Assembly: GCF_009914755.1 (NCBI RefSeq)
Contig: NC_060938.1
Length of the DNA stretch: 64,000 nt
Reading direction: 5' to 3' (one strand)
From: the human T2T-CHM13v2.0 reference genome, Homo sapiens
In this document: piece by piece, positions 63,972 to 64,000 of the stretch
Layout: each line of letters begins with the position of its first letter
Position numbering within the stretch: the first letter of the stretch is position 1
The notes under the pieces: model-generated
The model's database searches: none
What the model was told of the DNA's origin: nothing
The model's input: only the letters and a program-made list of their open reading frames with translations
Made by a program: the position numbers and the translations under genes

Positions 63972-64000
63972 GGCCGGGTGCAGTGGCTCACACCTGTAAT
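63972..64000 (+). mobile_element. Alu 5' start, cut by the window end
   Basis: ggccgggtgcagtggctcacacctgtaat. Confidence 0.9.

Overview
Human genomic DNA. An AluYb8, a human-specific subfamily, sits at 57329-57638. The window is AT-rich intronic or intergenic sequence, most of it nested transposable elements: L1s of several ages, Alus, MIR/L2, MaLR and ERV LTRs, an eroded ERV1 gag-pro-pol relic and hAT/Tc-mariner DNA transposons. I can support no intact protein-coding gene, RNA gene or CRISPR-like array; the ORF track is repeat-derived or random. I found no convincing new biological system. The most unusual observations concern retrotransposition: a TSD-flanked L1 made only of its 5' UTR and the start of ORF1 with no poly(A); a young L1 joined to an old L1 at a homologous site with a deletion; a 94-bp micro-L1; and a collapsed MADE1. 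Two unique islands carry candidate regulatory motif clusters. Subfamily names come from remembered consensus sequences, not from a search, and boundaries of old repeats are approximate.
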